A DNA stretch of 64,000 nucleotides from Marsupella aquatica (taxonomy: Eukaryota > Plantae > Marchantiophyta): assembly GCA_973895155.1 (NCBI GenBank), contig OZ316891.1:18997048-19061047 (forward strand). Direction: 5' to 3'. The notes below the pieces were generated by a model, which was not told where the DNA came from, did not search any database, and was given only the letters and a program-made list of their open reading frames with translations. Below, piece by piece: positions 27,292-40,565 of this stretch (its first letter is position 1; the number at the start of each line of letters is the position of its first letter). The position numbers and the translations under genes are program-made.

Positions 27292-27959
27292 TGTCTCTTC
27301 CCGTCAAACTTTTCAAAGGCAGCTTCTAAAAAGGCTCATATCTTGTCCATCGGCTTTTCCAAGTGTAGTGTGTTTTCAATCGATACTCGTGGTAGGGCCA
27401 ATCTAGCAGAAGTTCTAGCCAGCGTCGTAGTAGAGCTCGTTGTGCATATTTGGGCCTCTGCAATCAACCGGTTCTGTAAAGTTGCATATCTCTGGAATTC
27501 CGGCTTCTGCACAAGTGCCAATGGTCAAAACAGTCGGAAACTTTAGAATTGTGAGGAATCCATCGATGATTCGCCGAAACGCCAAAGTTGACGGATAGAA
27601 TGCAAAAGTTTTGTGCAGTATGTTGAAAGTAAAAATTATATCACGAATTGCAGAGAGACGCTGAATGACACTTCAATCTATTGCATGCCCATATCATCAG
27701 ATGAGTAATTTTGAGCACACATCATAAGAGAAGCATTGAGTTGGATGATGAGTTTTTTTAGACATTATTTTGGGCGTTCCATCTACCCGACTGGCTACCC
27801 GAATGATGGAGCCTTGAATGGGCACAACATGTAACATGTGGACAATCTCTTTCCGGGAGATTGAGTTCCGCCCTCACCAAAACAACGTTCCAAGTCCTCG
27901 AGAGGTTCCCCTGCGATTTTCTATCCCGCCAACCTCGCCACTATTGAGTATGCTTTGAT

Positions 27960-28106
27960 GGTCTTACAACACCCGCGCACCGAGAATTCGCAGCCCGGGA
28001 GACTCGAAATCCGTCTTAAAACATCCGCGCACCAAGAATTCGCAGCCCGGGAGACTCGAAACCCCCGACTCACAACCTCTCGCTTTTACCAACTGAGCAC
28101 GCCGGC
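27960..28106 (-). mobile_element. tRNA-derived SINE-like element with internal ~52-bp duplication
   Basis: Minus strand reads GCCGGCGTGCTCAGTTGGTAAAAGCG (A-box-like) then GGTTTCGAGTCTCC (B-box-like). The segment TTTCGAGTCTCCCGGGCTGCGAATTCT.GGTGCGCGG is present twice. No complete cloverleaf. Confidence 0.55.
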
Positions 28107-30458
28107 TTTCACAGCAGAATTGAGTTTATTAGGAACCAAGTTGTGTGGAAGTCGGTGTATCTTGACGACCGTCGTAGACATCATCGAATCTGCCGATTTC
28201 TGGTTTTGGTTCCTACTTTATCAATACTCCGCTAATAATTTACGGAACTACAGTACTTGGTCGACTGATCCCTAGTGGCCCGGATATTCCGTATCTCTGG
28301 AGCACTTTACCAGGAGCAACAGTTGAAAGGAATCTGGAAGGGCGGTTTGCTCTTGGAGAGTGCACTCGAGAGTTGGGCAGCACACTGTCGTTTTGGTCAA
28401 GGCTCAAGGTAATTTAAAGCCCTCCCTCCTGGAAGTGCTTTTTCTAACACTCCGAGTGTGTGACAGACGTATTGGATGCTGCCGAATTCTGGTCTTGGTT
28501 CTTCCATAGAAAGGCTACTAATTAGCTGAAGTGCTTGTTCAGTGGATCCATCCGTGATTAGTTGCAAATATGAAAATGCTATGCGTAAAATCTCCGTCAT
28601 ACTAAGCCTCAAGAAATACGAAGAAAAGTCCTCGGAAGCGGCTTCAAATTGGATAATTCTAGTAGCCCTACTAGGAGTCTTCGAAAAAATTGGACCAGTA
28701 CGAGTTATTTCACAAGTAGAAAATTTTGGGGTAATAGGGTAGCCCCCTTAATTGAGCCAATGGGATAGTGCCGTTAAACTGCTTTCTTGTCGCTGACCTG
28801 ACTTACAGAAAGCCCATAATGTGAAGTGGGGACTTTTGGTCTTGGCTTCGTCGAGTGTAATATTCGGACCGGTGTCCTTCAAGTAGAATCAGAGTCTCAT
28901 GTCATTGCATTACAGAAGAGCATCGAGTTAGTTTGAGCGACATCCAAAGCGACGCTCCTCTAGTGCCTCTCTAATCATCTGAAACCAATCTTCTGAAACC
29001 AACTGAAGAGCAATGATTGGAATTGAAACCATTCGTGCCTGATGTGCTAGGATGTCGTAGTATATTTTGCAGATAACGATAATATTGTACGCAAGGTGTG
29101 CCATTCCTAATTCCTAGGTTTACCTTTCTGCCAACTGCTACAAATCGTTGATCAGATGCAGCACGCAAACCAAAGACTTCTCGCCACAATTTGAGTCTCC
29201 AGCAATCCAAGTTCGAACAATTCAAGAACTCTCGCCAGTCGACAGCATCTCACAGAACCTCTAGACCAGGAAGGGATCTGCTGGGTGAGTGATCACTATT
29301 TCAAGTTGAACAAAGGCAATTAAAACTACCAAGAGCTTCGTCAGATTTTCTGCAACCAGCACTACGATCTTATTTTCAGCAGACAAAATTGTTGGTCGCA
29401 AGCACATCATAATTCTTCACCAGTTCCTTGCATTCTCATTTTCTATGCCAAATATTAAACACGGTCCCAACCCACCGCATCGTGCACAACCTGACTTCAA
29501 ATGACAATCCATTTCCGGGGTTATGTCCTTCATGTCGATAATTCCTTGAAATAGGATTTCATGTCTGCATCCAGAACGGACTACTTTCCTCAAGGCCCAC
29601 CAAAGTAAGAGTTTCAAGCCATCAACAGAATCGGGACTTACTAGCTCGACTCATTGGTGGCAAAAAGTTCTAGAGGTGAGCAAAGACTAAAGTTCACAGC
29701 TCTGGTGAGGCTGACCATAATCGTCTTTACCCCTTTCCGACATATACAAGTTCAGCCGTCACACAGCTTTGGCAAATTTATTATAGACACCAGCAGTTTA
29801 ACCTCGGTTTCAGGTGGTACAATCTTTGGTCCAGTTCTTTTCCTACTATCCCAGCTATCTCCTGTCTGAGACCTCAGGCAAACCTAAAGCGGTATATTTC
29901 ATGAGACTTGTCTCCCACTATTGACTGTGATCTGTCTGTTCCTGCACCCCTCCGAGTAGTGGGTCACTGAGTCTCTTGCCCGGGACATCACCATCACCAC
30001 TTAGTCTTTGCACGGATCCCCCCAGCGATGGCTCTCGACGACGTCTGTGATGTCTGCTCGGTTGTGGAGAAAGAACCACGATAGATCCTAAGCCCTTTGA
30101 TCTGCCTTAATATTCCACTCGTTAAGAAACACTCCACTCACCAAATGGCCGATACTGCCCTGATGACTCCCTTAACGAACCCCGTTCCTAACTGTCATGA
30201 CTATAACCCGTAGGCGGAGCATTCCTGTCACGAGTATGGGATGATGGACAACCTTTCATGCAAGTACTCTAAATGAGTGATTTTCCCGAAGATTGAAAAC
30301 TAAATATACAGGTGATACTTGTGCAGGGGACGAAATGAAAATCCCGAACCTATCTCTGCTACTAGATTGCTCGGAAAGACTTCGTTTGCACGTTATCCAT
30401 TGTCGCTTTAGAGCAGCAACTTGTTTGCTGAAAGATAAGTGTACAGTCTATTCTAGCA

Positions 30459-31765
<1,307 letters not shown>

Positions 31766-32828
31766 TTAGGGCCCTCCCTAACAAAATTGTTGTCCGTCAG
31801 TCCGAATCGGGACTGGACGGGAAGAAACCGGGCAAGATTCTTGACTTTTCCCAGTTGCTTGTTAGACCATGATATCCAGGAGTCCCGATTGCCGCAGAGA
31901 CGTTCTAGTGAACTGCAGGAGCCATCATTGCAGAGAAATTAGGACGCCAAATTCAAAGACCCCTGAATGCTCGAAAAGCCCGTGCACAGACAGAGTGCGT
32001 GTTTCTTGTAAGGCTAAGATTTCTGTGCTGAGCTTTGACAAAATGCTCAAAAACCAAATGTAGTAGCGAACGAAAGCGAGACAGACCCTTGGTAAAACGA
32101 AGATTCCTTTGCAGGAGCTAGAGAAAATGCTTGAACGAGACAGAGCGTCAATTCAGAGAGCTAAGATTGTTGCGCGGAGCTTTAACCAAATGCTTCAACC
32201 TACTGTGTAGATGCCAGCGAATTGACGAATCAAACGAGCGATCTCAAACCTGAGTGAGAGAAGGAGAGAGAAAGAGAGAGAGCAGCACAACGAGAGGTAA
32301 AGCTCCTGCACCAACACGACAACAACAAGAAGCAACGCATTTGCACCGACGCTACTTACTGCCAAAAATTTATGCTTTCGGTTCCCCGACTACCGCTCGA
32401 ATAGACTTCCGGGTAATTACACTGTAGCTTTCCACTAACTTGATGCGCCAGCGCTCTGTTTCTGCTGATGCTGCACTACTTCAGATCCTTGTGACCGAAC
32501 CTTTCTCAGGCCTGCCCCCCGCCTCCGATTTCTATGTGTCACGTAGCTCTCCGGGCATCAGACGCCAGCGATTCATGCAGAAAAACTGAACAACAGCAGA
32601 CCCAATCGAGCCGCGTGGTGGCGGATGAAAAATAGCTACAGTGCAGCACGCCCCGCTCTGACAAACGGGTTCACAATCCGTTCGATTCAATTCGATTTCA
32701 GAACGCTATCCAGTCTCCAAGTCTTAAAAGAGAAAGGGGCAGGGGAGAGCAGGCAATTGGAGGACTAGAGATGGAGAGGGCCTTTTGCGAGAGGAAGAAT
32801 TGGGTTCTGCTGGATTTGTAATTGGGCG

Positions 32829-32916
32829 ATGGCGGGACTGGAGAGGCAAAATGCATGACGATGAAGAAGATGGCGGGACTGGAGAGGCAAAATGCATGAC
32901 GATGAAGAAGATGGCG
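32829..32916. repeat. 41-bp tandem duplication
   Basis: GATGGCGGGACTGGAGAGGCAAAATGCATGACGATGAAGAA occurs twice. Confidence 0.9.
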
Positions 32917-34209
32917 GTGGTGGTGTCGGGTGAGATTGGCTCACGTTTCTCAGACAGCAGGGGAACAAGATCAGTCCGGGATTCGCCCACAGAAGAATGA
33001 TAAGATCTCCATTACCCGATGGATTCCGAACAGATTCAGCAGCAGCAGCTGACTGTGGACCGAGCAGAGGTTTCTGCGGTACAAAAGGCCGAGGATTTCT
33101 TGATCATGGTGGTAAAAGGAGATTCATACCAAAGATTGAAGAATGGATGTTTAAGGCAAATACACGATTGATTAAAGTTTAAATTCTTTTTGGAGGGAAA
33201 GGCAGTTTGCTATTTTTTAGTTTCATTTTTGGGGGAAGGCAACTGATTCTTATCCTCTCAGATATGGATTGTGGAGGCTGGATGTGGTGATGCTGGTTGA
33301 GATGTGCAGTTACTCTGTTTGAATTTCATTTATACAAAAACACAAAGTTCATAGAAAAGTATCAATAAATCATATATTGGAACATCTAAGGACGTCTATA
33401 CACATTGTATGTCACTCGAAGAAAAGACAACGGAGCATAGGTGAACTCAGGGGGAAAAAAACAGATAGAACCTTCTTTGACTTCACGGGTCTTCTGGCCG
33501 GCTTCTTGACGATTTCCGCACGCGAAGACCCGCCGGTCTCTTCACCCTAGCATTAGCTCGGTACGGAATCCCAAGCATCATTACATTGTCCCTAGAGCTT
33601 CCAAAATCCAGGGGACCAGAGACTTGGGAGTTTTTCCCACCAAACCATAGTTTAGGGTCACTTCAATCCGAAAGATGAACTTTACTAATTAAACCTGGAA
33701 GGAAGGAGCCAAAGTACATAACTTTCAATCCCGATTTACACAAAGGAAATGGTGAGGAAAAAAATTATTTCAAGACCCGTTGTACACATACATATGGTTG
33801 ACTCGACATCAACAGAATCAGTAGGCCCAACGGTGGCAGACTGCACACTATAACGGAGCCTAGCTCTGCACTCGCCCGACAAGCTTAGTCGTACATCCAC
33901 CCCTTGGTGCTCTCTATTCACAAAGGCTAGGACTCCCCGCACATCCTACGGACTCCCACATCTGAAACTAAAGCCTCGATCCTCCCCTGCCTCTACCGGG
34001 GGATTGCACTAAGTACCAACTGAGATCCAACTCACCACCTTTTGTGGAGCTCAAGTCTATTATTGCACCTGTGCACTTTTTAATGAAAGCTACAAATAAC
34101 CCATAGCTTTTTATAGGTGCACTTGTGACCTCAACTGCTGCTGAATGAGAGCTACAGTTAACCTAAAACTTTTTATATTCAGGCCCGGGAGTGTGATAAT
34201 TAAAGGCAG

Positions 34210-34960
34210 ACCATCGGCTTCAACATTTGAAACGGTGTCCCTGAAAAAGTACAAAACTGGAACTACATGGCATTCTTTGTCTTGCAAGATTGAGACTGCT
34301 TCCACTAAGAATCCTTGACTCAGATCAATAGTAACTTCCAAGAATGCCATCTTATTTGTAACTCCATGGATGATGGCTATGCTCCCGACTATGCTTGGCT
34401 TCAGGCATGCCATCAAAATCGCAAAGGTTTGCAGCCCTCAGCTATACTATCATCCACAAGAAAGACATTGATTTGGAACTCAAAATCCCAAGTCCCCACT
34501 GAGCACTTCCCTCAGCAGTCCATTGTCCTTTTCCCAAGGATTTGAGTGCATCTCTTGTAGATGAAATTCTATGGATACGGCAGTGCTGCATCAAAATTCA
34601 CCAAATGCGCGCCTTCATTGTATTGAAAGTATGATTATCACTGGCCTCCATGCTCTTCCTCACTTCTTGAAGGGTGATGGACATTGTGTATGCACTATAC
34701 AGGATCTTGCAAGAAGTCAAGAGAAAAAGAGCACAAACTCCGAATGACAGTTTTCTGAGCATTGAGCCTAAACCAGCGAAAATTTGCCACATTCCATCTA
34801 ACAATCAATAGTCAATCTACTAAAATGAGATAAAGAATATTCTTATAGTCTTGTCCTCCACGCAAGGTGACATTCCCCACCCTGGCAAAAAGGAAAAACC
34901 TTGAAAATAATTCCTGGGGTAAACCCTTTGCCATTCTCAAACCTTCACGCAGAAGAAAAT
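34210..34960 (-). pseudogene. Decayed tyrosine-recombinase (Crypton/DUF3504-like) coding remnant
   Basis: Minus-strand translation with stops and frameshifts gives PQELFSRFFLFARVGNVTLRGGQDYKNI (LRGGQD at 34865-34848), then FRLNAQKT..DFLQDPV*C, and later DLSQGFLVEAVSILQDKECHVVPVLYF-/GHR (GHR at 34240-34232). The order and spacing resemble the LRGGQE..K..NHSxRxTAxxxL..GHRS pattern. Assigned by motif recall only. Confidence 0.45.
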
Positions 34961-35229
34961 GTCTGTTTAGCCCCCAGATTTGAGATTGAAAATACAGAGG
35001 TGTGGATGCTGGTTTCAACAATATGGGTTCCATGAGAAACATTCAGAGCCACCCCATGTAGACCAGCCCAGTAAAGCTCTCAAGTTGAGTTAAGGTTTAA
35101 GATGGGTTTTAGGTAGTCGGCGCTCTACTTGCTTCTGTGCCTTCCAGACATGCTTGAGCTGATTGTGACTTTACAAGATGGTGCAACCATCCCTTCTTTT
35201 TATTCCCAATAAGATTAAAGTTGAACTCT

Positions 35230-36173
35230 ATAGCCTGATGCCTGTGCGTTGCACAAAAGATTTTGAGGTGAGGGTAACATGTTGAGGTGAGGGCAAGATG
35301 TCAAGGCGAGGGGAAGATGTTGAGGGGACAGAGGATGTCAAGCAGAAGGCAAGATTCTTGTGAAAGCAATGCTATTGGGGAGGGTGAGGGTGTGGGTTGG
35401 AGGGAGCGCAAGACAGGGTGGCTGGGGTGTCACGTTTGGTCGCCCTGTGCTATATGATTGGAGGGAGAGAATATTTCTCTTTTTTCCACTCCCGCACCCT
35501 CAGTGGCTCTTTGGCTCCCTCCAACATGGTCAAAAATAGAAGAAGAGAAAAAGGGAGGAAAAAACAAAATGACCTCAACCAAAATGAGAATTCCCCTTCT
35601 CCCTAGCAAAAAGCCAAATGAACTCTTATGCCGTTGTACTGCTTTGTCCAAAAAACTCTTATACCAATGTAATGCCTTGTGCCTTGGACTTATACCAATG
35701 TAAATTATGCCAATATTCTTGTATAGACCTATTTTAGAAGCATGTATAATTATTCATGGGTGTCCAGTTGCATTGGCACAACAAAATCAAGTCGTTTTAG
35801 CTAGTAATGTTTATCCCGAGCCAAAGCTCCTAGCTGAACAAGAATTGTCCCCATTTTTTCCCTTTTTTTCTTCTCTCCAATTTTTTACCTTTCCTCTTGT
35901 TTTTCTGTTTATCCTGTCCCTCTTTTTCTCTAGAGGCTAAGTCCTCTTGTCTCCCCCTCCTGGTGGTTTGGACCCTCTTTGTGGTCTGGAGTGTGTTGCC
36001 ATTGCCATTTGTATGAAGGTAATAAGGACAGTACAACTGACAATTTTTGGATTGATCTGACGGCATTTAAATATATGTTTTGGATGGACGGTTAAGATTC
36101 AATCCCGCCTTTGTTGGTTTTCGTAAACGGACAATGCCCAAAAATGGGAGGGATTGGGTATTATAGAGTTAGA
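35230..36173 (-). mobile_element. Non-autonomous Helitron-like element
   Basis: Minus-strand 5' end A|TCTAACTCTATAATACC at 36173. The 3' end has the hairpin TGTGCAACGCACA (35255-35243) followed about 10 nt later by CTAT (degenerate CTRR). Homologous to 9452-10461. Confidence 0.55.
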
Positions 36174-37679
36174 TAGTGAGTTTCCACTGGCATTGGGTTT
36201 ACAAGAACTGGGGAGCCCATCTAGGTGGTGACTACCAATTCCACATAGCAAGTATTGGGCACAAGCAAATACTAATGTGGAGTGTTTATTTTGCCTGAAA
36301 TTTTAAACAACAACAACCTCCAGTGGTGATCCAAACATTTTCAAACTTTGGCTCCTTTGTCCAAAGGATTTGCATATATTGAATTTTGTTTCAAAAAAGA
36401 TTTGTCAAAAGTGTCCCCCCTGTTTTGCTTTGGTGAGAGAAAAAGTGAATTGACCTTCAAGTTTGCTTTGAGAAAAAAAGGCAAACCAGGAGGTACTCGA
36501 GTTTGCTTTTGATAACAAAAATCACAAGTGCCCCAGATGGCCAGATACAAAATTCCTGACACGAAGAAAGGTTACCGGTGTGTAACCTTTTCTACCAAGT
36601 GCCACCATTTCCATAACCCTGTGACCAGAAAAAGATTCCGGGCAGGAATTAAGTATGATAATGACTCTTTGGACTGGGATTCTAGTCTTAAACCTTAAAC
36701 CTGTTCCCACAAAGCTCAGAAAAACGTCTATGGGTAGCATTTTCTCACTTTCTGGTCTGTTCCCACAAAGCTCAGAAAAACATCAATGGGTTGCATTTAC
36801 TCACTTTCTGGTCTGTTCCCACAATGCTGAGAAAAACATCGCATTTTCTCACTTTCTCGTCACAGGGGTTAGAGACTAGTAACCAGACAATCCCTCATTA
36901 CCCTATAAGTGAACCCACCACCCTCAAGAGTTTCTAGACTCGTTTGTCAATCTGTTATCCAATGTACGAAATTTAGGGGCTCGTGATCTTCAAACCTGAG
37001 AACTTTTTGGGGAAGGACCAGATGATGAGCAATTAAGCATGATGAACTGTATAACAGGGCCCTCGTCCATTGACTGGTCTCATGATAGTGCTTGCCGCTG
37101 CTTTTCGGGTTCATGGTCTCTAAGAAGTAACATAGGTTCACCATCGATGGCGATTGCTTCGTAGGAGTGAGGGGCGCTGTGGATCTCCCCGAATCTGGTG
37201 GTGTCACTAGCCCCGATTTCGTTAGACTGGTTTATGTGTGCTGAGGTTAATGAATCAATCGTTGATCGCTCGTTGGCACCCCGAAACAATTTGTTGGCAA
37301 TTTCAGATCAGTGCCGTGGCTTTTTTTCTGATCATACGTTTTGTTGGAGAGAGGCAAGACAGAAGGTTCTCTCCAGGGTGAGGTTGGAGTGGGACTCAAT
37401 CGCAGATTACTACTTTTCTCTCGTGTTGGTGATCTGTTTAGGTTGCGAAAAACCTGACGGGAAAGCAAATCAATGCACTGCAGCTTCAGCTGCACATTAC
37501 CAACTTGATAACTCCCTCCACTCCCTACTTCTTCAACACCTCCTGTGATCTTTTCCCGATGTGCGGCATCAACCGGTTCAACAAGGACTTGATCGGCCCG
37601 GCTATGTACGTCGGCCTCATGGGAGACGGATGCTCCTCGTAGCTCGGGGGTGGTCCTGATCTTGCCATCTTGCAACAAG

Positions 37680-39347
37680 ATGGACAGAGCAGCGAGGCGA
37701 CAGAGGCGGCTTGAGCAAAAGGTGGGTCGAGGAGGCAATCTACAGGCGTCGGAAACCAGTAGTTGGCAACCTAAGGCCAATATATCGAAATTTTGTAGCT
37801 GTGGTCTGCGAAAGGGCCAAAGTTCGACGTTTCGGGCAGGTCCAGCGGGACCCAACTCGTTATGTGACGCCTGTGGTTTGCAGTTGGCCAGGAAGGGCAC
37901 ATTGCGAGGTGTCCAGAATGAGTCTCAAGAGAAGGGCACCGATGGTGCCCCTGTGTACAATGAGAGAGGAGAGGGCAACTTGTCTCTCAAGGATCTGCAA
38001 GCTCAGTTGCATCTGAGTGATGCGAGAGAAATGAAGTGGCAGAAAATTGCAGCAGAGAGGTTGGAGGAAAACAAGGAGTTGCGAACTGGCGAGTCGAAGT
38101 GGCAGAAAATTGCAGCAGAGAGGTTAGAGGAAAACAAGGAGTTGCGAGCTGCAGAGTCGAAGTGGCAGAAAATTGCAGCAGAGTGGTCAGAGGAGAACAA
38201 GGGGCTAAGAATCGAAATTCAATGCCTGAATGGAAAACTTAAGAAAACAACGGAGGCAAAGGCAGTCCATAAACAGTTTGAATCAAGATTGAGGGCTGAC
38301 ATTCAAATTTTGAACGAGAGGAACGATGAGTTGATCAAGAGTGTGGATAATTGGGTCAAGCATTACTCATCCCTCGTCTCTGAGATGGAGCATCTGGTCA
38401 AGCATCACTCATCCCCCCCCTCATCTGAGATGGAGAACCTCACGCAGATTGGGCAAAGTGCCAAAAGTAATAGGCAGAGTACCCAGTACCATGCAAGTCA
38501 GGGAGCAGGGAATGCAGGGAGATATGTACATGAGGCCACGGCTGAAGTGAATGTTTGTACTGGAGTGTCAAGTAGACAAACTGGCTACGTTGACAGACAC
38601 GGATGCGACAGTGAAGCTGATTTGAATGTCGATGTAGAACAGCAAATTAGCGATACTCCCCACAGACAGACCCGGCATTCAGGAGGGCATGGCTCTAAGA
38701 TAGCACAACCAATGGACGTGGATGGTGGGCCAAACGAGTGTCTTCTGAAGACTGAGAAGTCCGTTCATGGGGAAAAACGGATTCATGACAGTGAGGCTGA
38801 TGAGACCATTGACATTGGCTGCCAAGGTAGTGAAGATGATGCCGGTATGGCCAGTGGACTGCAAAAAGCACCTAGCATTGGAAATGTGAGTCCTGGAGGA
38901 ATTCCTCCCGAGGATGTGTCAGAAGTCCTTTTTACTTCGTCTGAGAGAAAGCGAGCCTTGTCTCTTGTAAGTAGTGAATTCTTAATATGGCTCAATAGTA
39001 GAACTAGGAGGCCAAATTCTGAAGAGATGTCCTTGCACAAAAGTCAAGTCATGCAGCTTGAGGATGCACACTGGACAGGTCTGTCAGAGAGACATCTTCT
39101 GGACAAATTTCACGCTGATACTGAAATGGAGAAACCAAGTTCTAATGCTCTTACCACTTTACTTAGATCAGTACTCCACATTCTGGGTTCAAAGCGGAGA
39201 GACGACATGTCGTGGTGCCTCGTGTGGGCTGATTGCATGGATCCAGCCCAGTTGCCAGGATATATAAATTCTCAGCACGACACAAAGAGAGCCCGAGCTT
39301 CATACGATGAAGTTGCTACAAGATCTGCCAAAGCGAGGCAGTCTTAA
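37680..39347 (+). CDS. Atypical GATA-type zinc-finger protein with coiled-coil repeats, intronless, ~555 aa
   Basis: First in-frame ATG at 37680. FCSCGLRKGQSSTFRAGPAGPNSLCDACGLQLARKG resembles the GATA finger (TPxWRxGPxGPxxLCNACGL). Long ORF with a heptad-rich segment followed by a low-complexity region. Confidence 0.7.
   Translation: MDRAARRQRRLEQKVGRGGNLQASETSSWQPKANISKFCSCGLRKGQSSTFRAGPAGPNSLCDACGLQLARKGTLRGVQNESQEKGTDGAPVYNERGEGNLSLKDLQAQLHLSDAREMKWQKIAAERLEENKELRTGESKWQKIAAERLEENKELRAAESKWQKIAAEWSEENKGLRIEIQCLNGKLKKTTEAKAVHKQFESRLRADIQILNERNDELIKSVDNWVKHYSSLVSEMEHLVKHHSSPPSSEMENLTQIGQSAKSNRQSTQYHASQGAGNAGRYVHEATAEVNVCTGVSSRQTGYVDRHGCDSEADLNVDVEQQISDTPHRQTRHSGGHGSKIAQPMDVDGGPNECLLKTEKSVHGEKRIHDSEADETIDIGCQGSEDDAGMASGLQKAPSIGNVSPGGIPPEDVSEVLFTSSERKRALSLVSSEFLIWLNSRTRRPNSEEMSLHKSQVMQLEDAHWTGLSERHLLDKFHADTEMEKPSSNALTTLLRSVLHILGSKRRDDMSWCLVWADCMDPAQLPGYINSQHDTKRARASYDEVATRSAKARQS
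38034..38210 (+). repeat. 63-bp (21-aa) coding tandem repeat x~3
   Basis: AAGTGGCAGAAAATTGCAGCAGAG at 38034, 38097 and 38160, encoding KWQKIAAERLEENKELRxxES. Confidence 0.95.
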
Positions 39348-40157
39348 AAGGTTGATGGGCGTTTGCAAAACTTGCTCCATTGTACTGGTGGCGGACTTTC
39401 TCACAGCCCGTCTCACAGTTTGAGATTGTAGCTGCATTTTGATGATCCTTGATCATATGAAGAAGCTTCTTATAAGGGTGATGCTAGATCCGTTATGGGT
39501 TTACTAGATCCCTTGCCAGTGACAGAGTGACCATCGCCTCTCTGTCTCTCGTCATCGCCCATGGCCAATTTGTGTCCTCGTGAACTTTAAAGTCATACAT
39601 TCTTTCTCTTTAATTCGCTGCCCACCTTCTCTGGATTGTGAGTATTGACTCTCAAGTCTGTGTACAATCTTGGTTCCATGGCCCGTTGGGGTCGCCGTCA
39701 CCTTTACTTTGATTTCATTCATTGTCCCTCTCCTTCACTCTCTGTGTCAATCCGGATTGATTTCCATGGACCAAAAATTCAATCCTTCGTGCATTCATTC
39801 TCTCGTCCCGACGGGCAACCCGGAACTTGAAGTTCTAATTCTTGACTCATCGTCTCTGGTATGACGGAATTTATCAAACAGCCCAGTAGGTACCCGAAGG
39901 ATTTGGTCGAAAAGTAGACTTCAAAATCACTCCGCAATTAGTCTCCGTGAGTTGGGTGGAAACAATTACGTGATAGAAACCTTATGGATAGCCTACGTTT
40001 TCGGCAGCTTCTTTAAGATGAAGAGAGAGCATGAAATTACCCCAAGAATCTGGTCTTAGCTTACTGAGTCCAGGAGCGCAGGACATGGAGTCCTCACCAA
40101 ATTGAAGCTCGTCATCAAATATGAGTACAATTCAAAGTGTCCGACAGAGATTAGTGT

Positions 40158-40565
40158 ATGTGTCGTTGCTCCATCAGAGTATTCTGCGACGTCCCGTCAG
40201 TCATGTGCGATGGCTCCAACACTTTCTACTGTCAATACGGAGGGACCTGCAATGAACTGGTCGAGGGAGAGAACTACACCTGTACCTGCTCGCAGGCCAG
40301 CACTGCAATGTTTCCTGGGGAACTCTGTGAAGAGACATATTGCTACAATGGAGGTATTTGCCAAGTCCAGCCAACAGGCACTGGCAGTTGCACATGCCTG
40401 TACCTGCTCGCAGGCCAGCACTGCAATGTTTCCTGGGGAACTCTGTGAAGAGACATATTGCTACAATGGAGGTATTTGCCAAGTCCAGCCAACAGGCACT
40501 GGCAGTTGCACATGCCCTGAAGATTTTCTGGGCTCAAAGGACTGCTCAGCTCCCACCCCCATAGG
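40158..40565 (+). pseudogene. EGF-like repeat protein fragment, frameshifted
   Basis: Cys pattern CDGSNTFYCQYGGTCNELVEGENYTCTC / (frame change) LAGQHCNV / PGELCEETYCYNGGICQVQPTGTGSCTCPEDFLGSKDCS, then a possible AG|GTACGT donor at ~40565. The EGF Cys spacing is restored only by switching frames. Contains an identical 118-bp duplication (40279-40396 and 40397-40514). Confidence 0.65.

Noticed and set aside
27960-28106. Possible functional tRNA gene
   Set aside because: No complete cloverleaf or acceptor stem, so treated as SINE-like.
28300-29650. Coding-looking minus-strand fragments between NUDX1 and GGPPS, with weak resemblance to 41000-41900
   Set aside because: Multiple stops and no family I can recognise. 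It may be a decayed gene but cannot be supported without a translated search.
36690-36860. Regularly spaced repeats resembling a CRISPR array
   Set aside because: Eukaryotic context, no cas genes and no unique spacers; these are simple diverged tandem duplications.
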